From positions 62,001 to 126,000 of the forward strand of contig MCFE01000125.1 in assembly GCA_002104905.1 (NCBI GenBank): a stretch of DNA of 64,000 bases, in the 5' to 3' direction. Source of the stretch: Basidiobolus meristosporus CBS 931.73. Lineage: Eukaryota; Fungi; Basidiobolomycota. The notes under the pieces are model-generated. The model was not told where the DNA came from. It saw only the letters and a program-made list of their open reading frames with translations, and did not search any database. Made by a program: the position numbers and the translations under genes. Within the stretch, counting starts at the first letter, position 1, and each line of letters opens with the position of its first letter. Shown here piece after piece: positions 26,911-39,258 of this stretch.

Positions 26911-27916
26911 TGTTACAGTGCCATTATACAGAACCAGCAGTAGGCCATCATACTGCCAAAAAAATGCCATCAGAGTCTAGCTGTGAGGCCATCAAAATGC
27001 CATCAAGTTTCTTGCCATATAAGGCAATTAGAAGTCCTGGCCAACTAGATCCACTTAAAATAGGAATAGAGTGCTGAAAGACCACAACAATACCATGCAA
27101 ATATTGCCACAGCACCAATTAAAAATTGTCAAGTTTTATCCCTTTATTTGGATGTAAAATTTGCAAAACACCATCATGATCTTGTTATTAGATTGTTGGG
27201 AGGGTCACTAATTCCAAGCTGCTGTTACTATGATGGTCTTTGAATGGGATCCTGATGGATGATCCGGATTGGATCCACCGGTGGGACCAATTTATTTTTT
27301 GTAGTGTTATGACTGTCAAGTCTTTCACTGCTACTTTCACAAAGTGCTTCTTGCATTGTACTCTGTTTTCTCATTGATGGATGCTGCACTGGTGCATCCA
27401 TTTTTGCCTGCTTGTTCCTTGTCAGCACTCTTCTATCAACCTGACATTTCTTTGCAGCTTGCTTGGAGCTATCAACCTTGCTTGTGACAGGCTCCTGAGA
27501 AAGCTGTGTGTATTTACCACTGTCAAGTCCCTCACTGCTACTGTTACTGAGTGCTTCTTGTATTGAACTATGTTTTCTCCTTGATAAATGCTGCACTGAT
27601 GCATCTGTTTATGCCTGCCTGTCTACTACTGGCACTGTTGTGGCTTCCTGTAGTTTCATTGTCACTTGTTTGGAGCTTTCAGCCCTGCTTGCAACAAGCT
27701 CTTTGGGAAGCTGCAGGCATTTAGCCTTGGCAACCTTGTTCTTCCACCTTTGATAATATCTGCAATTCTTAAGAAATTTTCTTATAATACCAATGCTGGC
27801 CTAAAATCTGTTTGCTTGCTTGAATCAAGGATAATGGTCATGCAACAAGTCAAGCCCATTCTGCTTAGCCTTGGACTATTTGTCCCATGGACAAGACTGC
27901 TTTGATTCAATGCCAT

Positions 27917-28986
27917 TGTAGTGGGGTCACAGTGACACCCACTGACATATATGCTCATTCTTATATTTTCTGCTTCCCTATTTCTCTATTACCCTTATTT
28001 TAGTTTTATCCAATTTGTCTTACTTGATCAGTACTATTGCATAAGCTGGCTGACTATCACAGCTGCTTACCTTATTGCAAATGTTATCCCTCACTCTTTG
28101 TAAGATTACTAGCTATAAGTGCTTCTATATTAGGCAAGTACCTGTGCCAGTACCTGTGACACATGACCAGTCCATGTCACCATACCCACCACTTTCATAC
28201 CATATATGGTATCCCTATGTTACACAGGTTTCATAATACTAATTCCTGATTGGTTGGATGTGCTGTGCCTCTTGGAACCTTCCGGCACATACTTAGAACA
28301 TTCTTAGGTCATTCTGATGTCATTAAGATTTCTATTGATATCTAGAACCTTCTGGAACACCATGATTAGTAATCACTTAGTCAGTAAGAAATGTATATAA
28401 GGGAGGTTATCCCTCAGCAATTAATCATCATCCCTTTTATCAATATACCAACCTGTTGATTAGTGTGATCATTGCTACCTGCTGCTACCTGAACTTCCAA
28501 CCCCAGACTACAGGACACTCCCAGGAAACCACGCTGACAGCCAACTGACCTTAGAGGCACTAATTATGAGCAATACTTGGAGTAGGTATCATTTAATATA
28601 TTTGATTCTTTCCCAAGTTTGTTCTTGTACAGGCAAAGATACTTTTCTGTCTTTGTAACTATTGACCACAGCTGCATTTTTATCTAGTCCCTGCTGGTGG
28701 AGTCTACAATTGTTTGGACTTTCAAAGCTTTAGCACATTGTCATCTCAAAGGACACTGGACCCAGCACATACTTTTGTAAAGATGCCAACTCAATTGGGG
28801 ATTGTAGCTTAATAGTTTTCCCTTGAGAAGTTTGTGGCTTTATTCCCCATCACATTTGATTAGAGACAGAACCCAAGTATTCCTAGCAAGCTTTTGCCAG
28901 AGGTTATCACACCCAGTGAGCACCCCACACACAAACATTTGAGAAGTGTTGGACATATCTCTCCCTTGGACCTATACACCACCACA
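27917..28986 (+). repeat. Solo family-C LTR (1070 bp)
   Basis: TGTAGTGGGG...CACCACA; TSD CCAT/CCGT. The flanks rejoin to match 24225-24270. Confidence 0.9.
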
Positions 28987-31900
28987 CCGTAAGAGAAGAG
29001 AAAAAAAACCATGTGGCTATTGTAAAAAGCCTTTCTGCCATGAGGCATGCAGACAGCATAGGAAGTATAACAAGGATCATGGACAGTGTTTTGCAACACA
29101 TGTCATAGTTGACCATTCATCAGCCACTACTGTGCTAACAATATCTTGTCAGCTACTTGAGACTTCCATAATGGCACTTAACTTTACTTGTCACCTTGCG
29201 CAAAATGAGTTATATGAGTTTGTGACACCTTGAGGTTCACTGCAGCCTTCTGAGTATGGCATGCAGAGTGATAGCTCTGAAGAAGAAGGCTCACTGATGA
29301 ATTGTAAGTCTATCTCCCCAACAACAGTACCATGTATGAGCCTTGCCATATCCCAATATGCATTGGGAAAGTGTTGTAAGGGTCTTGGAGATATTTGAAG
29401 TGATTGGGAGAATAAGCAGATTATGTGGCTTCACTTGATGATTTACTGAATGTTGAAGTGGTATATATACTTTTACATGGTCTTGGCATAGCAAACATGC
29501 GGATTAGGCTAAGGAAGGTCCCAAGAGCATGTGTGTAAAGTTTGTGGCTGTTTAGACAACTTTGAGAATTTACTTGCTCTGGGTACCTGGTATTTTGGTG
29601 AAAATATTTTAAGTAAATCCCAAAAAAGAATTTAGTCAGTATTCCCAAGGATTTGAAGCTAATGATACAAGTCACTAAGTTAGGTGAATATTTAGGTGGG
29701 ATTAAAAATTTTTACAACACTCCCACACAGCTAACTGTTCACATTTACTAGTCCTAACTTTGACCTAAGATTATCATGCTTGTCTCTATCTACTGGTTTG
29801 GTAAGAATGATAGCAATCATTTCATCTGTAGGACAGTAAACTAAGCCAACTAGATTATTCTCTATAGCTTTGTGTACAAAATGGTGTCTAATATCTATGT
29901 GCCTAGTTCTAACATGCTGGATTTCTACCTAATGGTATACATCCTTGATTATCTTGAAATAATGTAATAGATGTCTTTTGACATTGACCTCAATCTATAA
30001 AGCGCTTTCTTAAGTGTATTGCTTCTTTTGTAGCTTCACAGGCTGCCATATACTCTGCCTCCAAGGTGGAAAGTGCTACAGTTGGTTGCTTTCTTGAACT
30101 CCATGAAATTTCTCTTTGACAGTAAAGAAAGGTGTATCTTGTAGTGGATCTTCTGTCTTCCAAATTTTGTCCCCAATCAGAATCAGAGTATCCCATAGAT
30201 CCTGTTCTGAATCCTCATAATGTATCTTAAGCAAATATAATCAGTTCCTTTCAGATATCTAATAATCCGCCTAACTGCTGCAATCCAATCAGAACCATAG
30301 CTCTAATTATGCTGGCTGACAACTCCAACTGAATATGGATTATCTGGATGTGCTCCAATTATAATTTACATGAGACTGCAAACCATAGATTGATAAGGAA
30401 AGTCAGGGCTTTCAGATGGCACCAAGCTCTCTTGACTTGGTTGAGTTTTGACCAAGTTAAGATTTGTCTCCATTAGGGTAGCTGTTGGTTTACAGTTGTT
30501 GATTTGGTACTTTTTTAGTATATCTTGATTATACATCCATTTGATATATATATATAACTTATATTGAGCTGCAATAGCAAACATTAATCTGATGGAATTG
30601 AACTTGGCTACAGGTGCAAAGGTCTCAGTATGGTTAAGCCCTTTTGTTTGGGAGTATCCTTTGGCCACAAGAATTGCTGTGTATCTTACAATTGTACTAT
30701 CAGCCTTGTGTTTTGTCTTAAAGACCATCTGCATCCAGCTGATTTTTGGTTGATTGGTAATTTGACTAAATCCCAAGTTTGATTTTCCATCAAAGTCTGA
30801 AATTCCTCAGTCATTGCAGATTGCCAAAGCTTTGTCTTAGGGCTGTTAGGGGCATCTTTTGCAGTCTAGGGCTTATCAATATGGACTGAATAGGCATAGG
30901 CTAAGTTTGTACCCTCACAAATATTGTAATCTAGGCTATTTTTTGTCCAGTTAGATCTCCAGGCATTTGATACTGGAATGATTACTTCTGGGATACCCCT
31001 GGGCACTGATTTAGGCTGAACTACAGCTACAGAGCCCTCTGGAGTAAAAGAATTTCCATTGTTTTGCTCTGATTCAACCCTCACCAATGCTGGACTTGAG
31101 ATCCAATTTTTGTCATCATCTAATGTTGTTTTATATGAAAGTTTGAACTTTCATCAAACAACATATCTCTGGACTTGATTAGCTTCTTTGCTTTGGTATT
31201 TTAGAGGCTGTATGCTTTACTCTCATTGCAGTAGCCCCAACATATGCATTTCTCACTTTTTAGCTCAAATTCTGACTGATTGCCAGGCAGTTTCTTGTCA
31301 TATGCTGTACACCCAAATATTTCTAGATGTACTGCACTAGGTCTGTATCCATACTATACTTCAAATGGAGTAGAATCACAAAGTATTCTGTTATAACTCA
31401 TATTTTTAAGGTATACAGCTGTGGCAACTGACTCTGCCCAAAGATTGTGGGATAATTTTTGAACACAGATTGTAGATCTTGCCATATCAATTATTGATCT
31501 GTTTGCACACTCTGCTACTCCACCTTGCTATGGGGAGTATGATACAGTAGTCTCTTACTTTATCCCATGAATTTTGCAGAGGTGGATGAAGAGTTTGAGG
31601 CATATTCTTCACCTTTGTCATAGTATATTTTCTAGATTTCCTCACCTGCTTCTCACTCTTCTATGACTTTACACTCCCTGAGCTTAGACAGAGCTTCTTC
31701 CTTTCTCTCCATTAAGTTGGCCAATGCATATCTTGCATAATCATCAATAAAAGTGATTAAATACTTCATCCTGCCTAAGGATAAATTTTGCATCGGTCCC
31801 AGCAAATCTGAGTGAGTTGGATCTAATTTTTTTTTGGGTTTTGAATAACCCAGAGCTCTTGAGCAGTTGTCTGGCTTGCTCTCCAGATATGCAGGCTTCA

Positions 31901-32965
31901 CAGTGCTCCAAATTAGCTGGGGGATCAGTTATTACTCTGGAAACTAGCTGATCTTTGATCATTTTGCCCAAATATTCAAATTTGATATGTCTAAATCTCC
32001 TGTGCCAAAGCATTGGTGTTTATTCATTTAAGTTACCTATATTGGCTTCCAAACTTGATGGAATATAAGTTAACTTATAAAGATTCAGATCTCTGACACC
32101 CAAAGCAATAGGAGCACCATTTTGATCAGTGATCCTGCATCCAGAATTGTCAGAGCTGAAACTGAGTCCTTCTGCTGTGGCCTTGCCTACAGATAGTATG
32201 TTCTTGGCTATTTCTGGTACATAGAGTACTTCTTTAATGGTCAGTGTAGGGGCTCCTTCACTGCTTCTAAGGTTTACTTGGATTTTTCCTTCTCTCACTG
32301 CATCAGGTGAGCTGTTGTTACCCATGAGAACCTTCTTAACTGGAATTTCTTAGTATTGGGTAAACGGTTTGTTTAAGTGTGTAAAGTGTTGAGATGCTCT
32401 AGAGTCAATGTACCACATCTGAGAATCCTTGTTTGTGGTCATATTTAGTGCAGATATTAGTAGTCTATTTTCTTTTGTTACAGCATTGCCATATTCAGGT
32501 TTCTTTTGCTGATTATCTCTCTGCTTGATATACCAGTCTGATATGTGTCATTTACTTTTGCAGTAGTTGCAAAACAGGTTGCTGTTGTTGTAAAAATTTG
32601 AAATTCCACCTAAATATTCACCTTACTTAGTCACTTAGATCATTACCTTCAAATCCTTGAGAATGCTGATCAAATTTCCTGCTGGGATTAACTTAAAATA
32701 TTTTCACCAATATTCCAGGTACCCAGAACATGAAAATTCTGAAAGTTGTCAAAACATCCCCAAACTTTGTACACATGTTCTTGGAACCTGCCTTAACCTG
32801 TTCTACATGCTTGCTATGCCAAGACCATGTAAAAGTACAAATTCTACTTTTACATTCAAGAAATCATTAAGTGAAAACCACATTATCTACTTGTCTTCCC
32901 AATCACTTCCAATATCTCCAAGATTCTTACAACAGGTTGCAAGCTCTGGGCTGTCACTGTCTGCA

Positions 32966-35900
32966 ATGTCTACTACTGTTATTACCGGAATTTTTCCCTC
33001 TGCTGAAAAGTTGGATGGATACAACTACCAGGTGTTGAAGGTGAAGATGAAGATGCTGCTACAAGAAAGAGGCCTTTAGGATATTGTCATGGGAGAAGAA
33101 TGCCCTCCTAAAAATGTGGGAGAGGAAGCCTTAAAGTACCAGAAGAAAGAACAAAGTGCCTTTAACTGCATTTGCCTTAATGTCAAGGACAAATTGCTAA
33201 TTCAATGCTCAAGAGCAAAAACAGCAAAGAATGCCTGGAAAGCATTAGAAGACACCTACCAGTCATGTTCAGCTGCCAAGAAGATGAATCTGAGACAAAA
33301 ATTCTTTACTACAAAGATGCTGCCAGGAGAAGAAATGAAAAATCTAATTAACAGAATTACTCTGTCAATGGATGAAAAGGAATCTGTGGGCATACCAACT
33401 ACCAATGAGGATGTGATACTGACCATCCAGAATAGCCTGCCAGACAGGCTTCAGGGTCTTGTGTCAGCCCTAGAGTCCAGAACTGAAGATTTGACCTTAG
33501 ATTATGTGTATGGAAGGCTCCTGGATGAGGAATTAAGAAAATCATGCACCAATAGGAAGGAAGAAGAAAATGCTTTAATAAGCAATGATAACCAACAAAG
33601 GAGGTACCCAAGACCCTACAAAGGCAACAGCAACCTGTTTTGTAACTACTGCAAAAGGAAAGGACACACATCAGACCGGTGTCTCAAAAAGAAAGATAAT
33701 CAGCAAAAGAAGCCTGTATATGGAAATGCTGCAACAACTGAAGATAGACTACTGATATCTGCACTAAATATGACCACAAACAAAGATTCTCAAATATGGT
33801 ATATTGACTCTGGAGCATCTCAACACTTTACACACCCAAAAGAACTTTTTACCCAATATCAAGAAATTCCAATTAAGAAGATTTTCATGGGTGACAATAG
33901 AACACTTGATGCAGTGGGAGAAGGAACTATCCAAGTAAACCTTAGAAGCAGTGAAGGAAGCCATACACTGACCTTTAAAGAAGTACTCTATGTACCAGAA
34001 ATAGCCAAGAACCTACTCTCTGTAAGCAAGGCCACAGCAGAAGGACTCAGTTTCAGTTTTGACAATTCTGGATGCAGGATCACTGATCAAAATGGTGCTC
34101 ATATTGCTTTGGGTGTCAGAGATCTGAATCTATACAAGTTGACTTATATTCAATCATATCTGGAAGCCAATATAAGTAACTTAAATGAAGAAACACCAAT
34201 GCTTTGGCACAGGAGATTTGGACACATCAATTTTGATTATTTGCGCAAAATGATCAAAGATCAGCTAATTTCTGGAGTGAAAATTGATCCCCCAGCTAAT
34301 TTGGAGCACTTTGAAGCCTGCATATATGGGAAACAAGCCAGACAACTGCTCAAGAGCTCTGGGCTAATCAAAACTAAGAAAAAATTAGATCTAATTCACT
34401 CAGATCTGTGTAGACCTATGCAAAATTTATCCTTAGGCAGGAAGAAGTATTTAATCACTTTAATTGATGATTATACAAGATACACATGGGTCTACTTCAT
34501 GGAGAGAAAGGAAGAAGCTCTGTCTAAGCTCAGGGAGTTTAAAGTCATGTTGGAGAGAGAAACTGGTGAAAAAATCAAGAAAATACGCTCTGACAATGGT
34601 GGAGAATATACCTCAAAACTCTTCATCCACTTCTGCAAAATTCATGGGATAAAGCAAGAGACTACTGTACCATACTCCCCACAGCAAAAAGGAGTAGCAG
34701 AACAAGCTAACAGATCAATAATTGATATGGCAAGATCTATGATCCACGATCAAAAATTATCCTATGGTTTTTGGGCGGAATCAGTTGCCACTGCTGTATA
34801 CCTTAAAAATAGGGGTTATAACAGAATACTTTGTGATTCTACTCCATTTGAAGCATGGTATGGATACAGACCAAGTGCAGAACATCTAAGAATATTTGGG
34901 TGTACAGCATATGCCAAAAAACTGGCAGGAAATCAGTCAAAATTTGAGCCAAAAAGTGTAAAATGCATATTTTTGGGCTACTGCAATGAGAGTAAGGCAT
35001 ACAGACTCTACAATACCAAAGCAAAGAAGCTGATCAAGTCCAGGAATGTGTTGTTTGATGAAAATTCAAAATTTTCACAAAAAATGACATCAGATAATGA
35101 CAAAAATTTGATCTCAAGTCCACCAATTGTCAGGATTGAATCAGAGCAAAACAATGAAAATTTTTTCACTCCAGAGGACTCTACAACCGTGGTTCAGCCA
35201 GAATCAGTGCCCAGGAATATCCCAGAAGTGATCATTCCAGTATCAAATGCCTGGAGATCCAATTGGACAAGAAATAGCCCAAATTACTATATTAATGAGG
35301 GTACAAACCTAGCCTATGCCTATTCAGTCCATATTGATGAGCCCCAGACTGTAAAAGAGGCCCTTAATAGCCCTCAGACAAAGTTTTGGAGATCTGCAAT
35401 GACTGAGGAATATCAGGCCCTGATGGAAAATCAAACTTGGGACTTAGTCAAATTACCAATCAACCAAAAATCAATTGGATGCAGATGGGTCTTCAAGACA
35501 AACTACAAGGCTGATAGTACAATTGAAAGATACAAAGCAAGACTTGTAGCCAAAGGATACTCTCAAACAAAAGGATTGACTATACTGAGACCTTTGCACT
35601 GGTAGCCAATTTTAATTCCATCAGATTAATATTGGCTATTGCAGCCAAATGTGAGTTTTTTATTCATCAAATCGATGTAAAAACTGCATTTTTGAATAGA
35701 GAACTTGATGAGGATGTGTATATGGACCAGCCTGATGGTTTTGTTGACCAAGGTAACCTTCATTAGGTCTGCAAGCTTATAAGGTCACTATTTGGTCTCA
35801 AACAATCACTGATAGCCTGGAATTGCAAGAAAGATTCTTATTTGGAATCTTTGAGTTTCAAAAGGAGTAATGCTGACTATAGTATATACTATAAGCCAGA

Positions 35901-37110
35901 TAGAGCAAATCCAGTTCTATTAGCTCTATATGTTGATGATCTTATTATAGCCGCCAATAACCTAGAAACATTGGAAGAGACTACATCCAGCCTATCAAAG
36001 GAGTTCAAGATGTCCGATCTAGGAGAACTTAGTTACTACTTAGGGATTAAGTTCTCCATAGACAGAAGTACCCAGACTATTACCCTAAGCCAATCCAAGT
36101 ATATTCAAGATATACTAAAGAAGTACAAAATGGAAGACTGTAAACCAGCAGCTACCCCAATGGAGACAAACCTTAACTTGGTCAAAACTCAACCAAATCA
36201 AGAGAGCTTGGTGCCATCTGAAAGCCCTGACTTTCCTTATCAATCCATGATCGGCAGTCTGATGTATATCATGCTTGGAACATGTCCAGATATCACATAT
36301 TCAGTGGGAGTTGTCAGCTTACATAATCAGAATTATGGATCTGATCATATTGCAGCAGTTAAGCGGATTTTTAGATACCTAAAAGGAACTGCTGATATCT
36401 GCTTAAGATACACTTATAAGGATTCTGAACAGGATCTTGTGGGATACTCTGATGCTGATTGGGGACAAAACTTGGAAGACAGAAGATCCACTGCAGGATA
36501 CACCTTTCTTTACTGTAAAGGAGCAATTTCATGGAATTGAAGAAAGCAACCAACCGTAGCACTTTCTACTACAGAGGCAGAGTATCTGGCAGCCTGTGAA
36601 GCTACAAAAGAAGCAATGTGGTTAAGAAAGCTCTTTACAGATTTAGGCCTATGTCAAAAAACACCTATTACTTTATTTCAAGATAATCAAGGATGTATAC
36701 AATAGACTTGTTCCATCATTCCAGCTGATCATAGTGCCCAATAGTGCCATAGCATGCCAGATAGTGCCTGATCATGTCACAGAGTGCCATACAGTGCCAA
36801 TCTGTGATCAAAATTGACATGCATATGACCCTAAAATATCAAATTAATAACAAAATATACAGCACTGAATGGCGCTATGATCAATGGCACAATGGAACAA
36901 GTCTAATTAGGTAGAAATCCAACTTTTCATGCTAGAACCAAGCACATAGATATTAGACATCATTTCATACGTGAAGCTATAGATAATAACTTAGTTAGCT
37001 TAGTTTACTGTCCTACAGATGAAATGATTGCAGACATATTTACCAAACCATTAGCTAGAGACAAGTTTGAATATCTTAGGTCAACATTAGGACTAGTCAG
37101 TATGAACATT
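32966..37110 (+). pseudogene. Near-intact copia gag-pol
   Basis: 838-aa open stretch: CNYCKRKGHTSDRC, WYIDSGASQH, LWHRRFGH, IDDYTR, IRSDNGGEY, KARLVAKGY. Then LYVDDL, YSDADW and HIDIRHHFIRE. One TAG at ~33076, a frameshift at ~35575 and a few later stops. Confidence 0.93.
36704..36904. mobile_element. 201-bp MITE with the same termini as the 733-bp family
   Basis: AGACTTGTTC...GAACAAGTCT; perfect AAT/AAT TSD. Removal restores GCIQLGRNP; internal AGTGCC repeats. Confidence 0.88.
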
Positions 37111-39258
37111 TAGCTGAGTGGTAGTGTTGTAAAAATTTGTATTTCCACCTAAATATTCACCTAACTTAGTCACTTAGATCTCACCTTCAAATCCTAGACA
37201 ATACTGACCAAATTCCTTGTTGGGATTTACTTAGAATATTTTCACCAAAATACCAGGTACCCAGAACATGAAAATTCTGAAAGTTGTCAAAACAGCCCCA
37301 AACTTTGTACACATGTTCTTGGAACCTGCCTTAGCCTGTTCTATATGTTTGCTATGCCAAGACCATGTAAAAGTACAAACTCTACTTTTACATTCAAGAA
37401 ATCATTAAGTGAAAACCACATTATCTACTTGTCTTCCCAATCACTTCCAATATCTCCAAGATTCTTACAACAGGTTGCAAGCTCTGGGCTGTCACTGTCT
37501 GCAATGTCTACTACTGTTATTACCGGAATTTTTCCCTCTGCTGAAAAGTTGGATGGATACAACTACCAGGTGTGGAAGGTGAAGATGAAGATGCTGCTAC
37601 AAGAAAGAGGCCTTTGGGATATTGTCATGGGAGAAGAATGCCCTCCTAAAAATGTGGGAGAGGAAGCCTTAAAGTACCAGAAGAAATAACAAAGTGCCTT
37701 TAACTGCATTTGCCTTAATGTTAATGACAAGTTGCTAATTCAATGCTCAAGAGCAAAAATGGCAAAGAATGCCTGGAAGGCACTAGATGACAAGTACCAA
37801 TCATGTTCAGCTGCTAGGAAAATGTATCTGAGACAAAAATATCTCACTACAAAGATGCAACCAGGAGAAGAAATGAAAAATCTAATTAACCAAATTACTC
37901 TGCCAATGGATGAAAAGGAATCTGTGGGCATACCTACTACCAATGAGGATGTGATAGTGACCATCCAGAATAGCCTGCCAGACAGGTTTCAGGGCCTTGT
38001 GTCAGCCCTAGAGTCCAGAACTGAAGATTTGACCTTAGATTATGTGTATGGAAGGCTCCTGGATGAGGAATTAAGAAAATCATGCACCAATAGGAAGGAA
38101 GAAGAAAATGCTTTAATAAGCAATGATAGCCAGCAAAGGAGGTACCCAAGAACTTACAAAGGCAACAGCAACCTGTTTTGCAACTACAGCAAAAGGAAAG
38201 GACACACATTCAACTGGTGTCTCAAAAAGAGTGATACTCAGCAAAAGAAGCCTGAATATGGAAATACTGCAACAACTGAAAATAGACTATTCATATCTGC
38301 ACTAAATATGGCCACAAACAAGGATTCTCAGATGTGGTACATTGACTCTGGAGAATCTCAACACTTTACACACCCAAAAGAACTTTTTATGCAATATCAA
38401 GAAATTCCAGTCAAGAAGGTTTAAAGGGTAATAATAGAACACTTGATGCAGTGGGAGAAGGAACTATCCAAGTAAACCTTAGAAGCAGTGAAGAAAGCCA
38501 TACACTGACCTTGAAAGAAGTGCTCTATTTACCAGAATTTGTCAAAAACCTACTATCTGTAAGCAAGGCCACTGCAGAAGGGCTCTGTTTATACCCTATG
38601 CCAATCCAAGTATATTCAAGATATACTAAAAAAGTACCAAATCAAAGACTGTAAACCAACAGCTACCTCAAAGGAGACAAACCTTAACTTGGTTGAAACT
38701 CAGCCAAATCAAGAGAGCTTGATGCCATCTGAAAGCCCTAACTTCCCTTATCAATCTATAACTAGAAGTCTCATGTATATCATGCTTGGAACATGTCCAG
38801 ATATCCCATACTCAGTGGGAGTTGTCAGCCAGCACAATTAAGACTATGGATCTGATCATATTGGAGCAGTTAAGAGGATTTTTAATACCTAAAAGCAACT
38901 GCTGATAACTCCTTAAGATACACTTATAAGGATTTAGAGCAGGATCTTGTTGGATACTCTGATGCTGATTGGGGACAGAATATGGAAGACAGATGATCCA
39001 CCACAGGATACACCTTTCTTTACTGCAAAGGAGCAATTTCATGGAATTCAAGGAAGCAACCAACCCTGGTACTTTCTACCACAGAGGCAGAGTACATGGC
39101 AGCCTGTGAAGCTACAAAAGAGGCAATGTGGCTAAGAAAGCTTTTACAGACTTAGGCCTATGTAAAAAAACATCTTTACCTTACTTCAAGATAATCAAGG
39201 ATGCATATGATTAGGTAGAAATCCAACTTTTCATGCTAGAGCTAAGCACATATATATT

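Larger units (their letters stand above)
19257..27306 (+). mobile_element. CACTA/EnSpm-like element B, complete (~5.4 kb without inserts), inserted into ORF Z of element A
   Basis: Ends CCCTATGAAAAA (19257) and TTTTTTGTAGTG (27295-27306); TTAT on both sides. The flanks 19020-19256 and 27311-27600 rejoin into a sequence colinear with 20060-20600. Confidence 0.85.

Noticed and set aside
21330-28986. An LTR retroelement that captured a CACTA transposase (two family-C LTRs flank it)
   Set aside because: Each LTR has its own TSD and the host rejoins across each, so they are independent solo LTRs.
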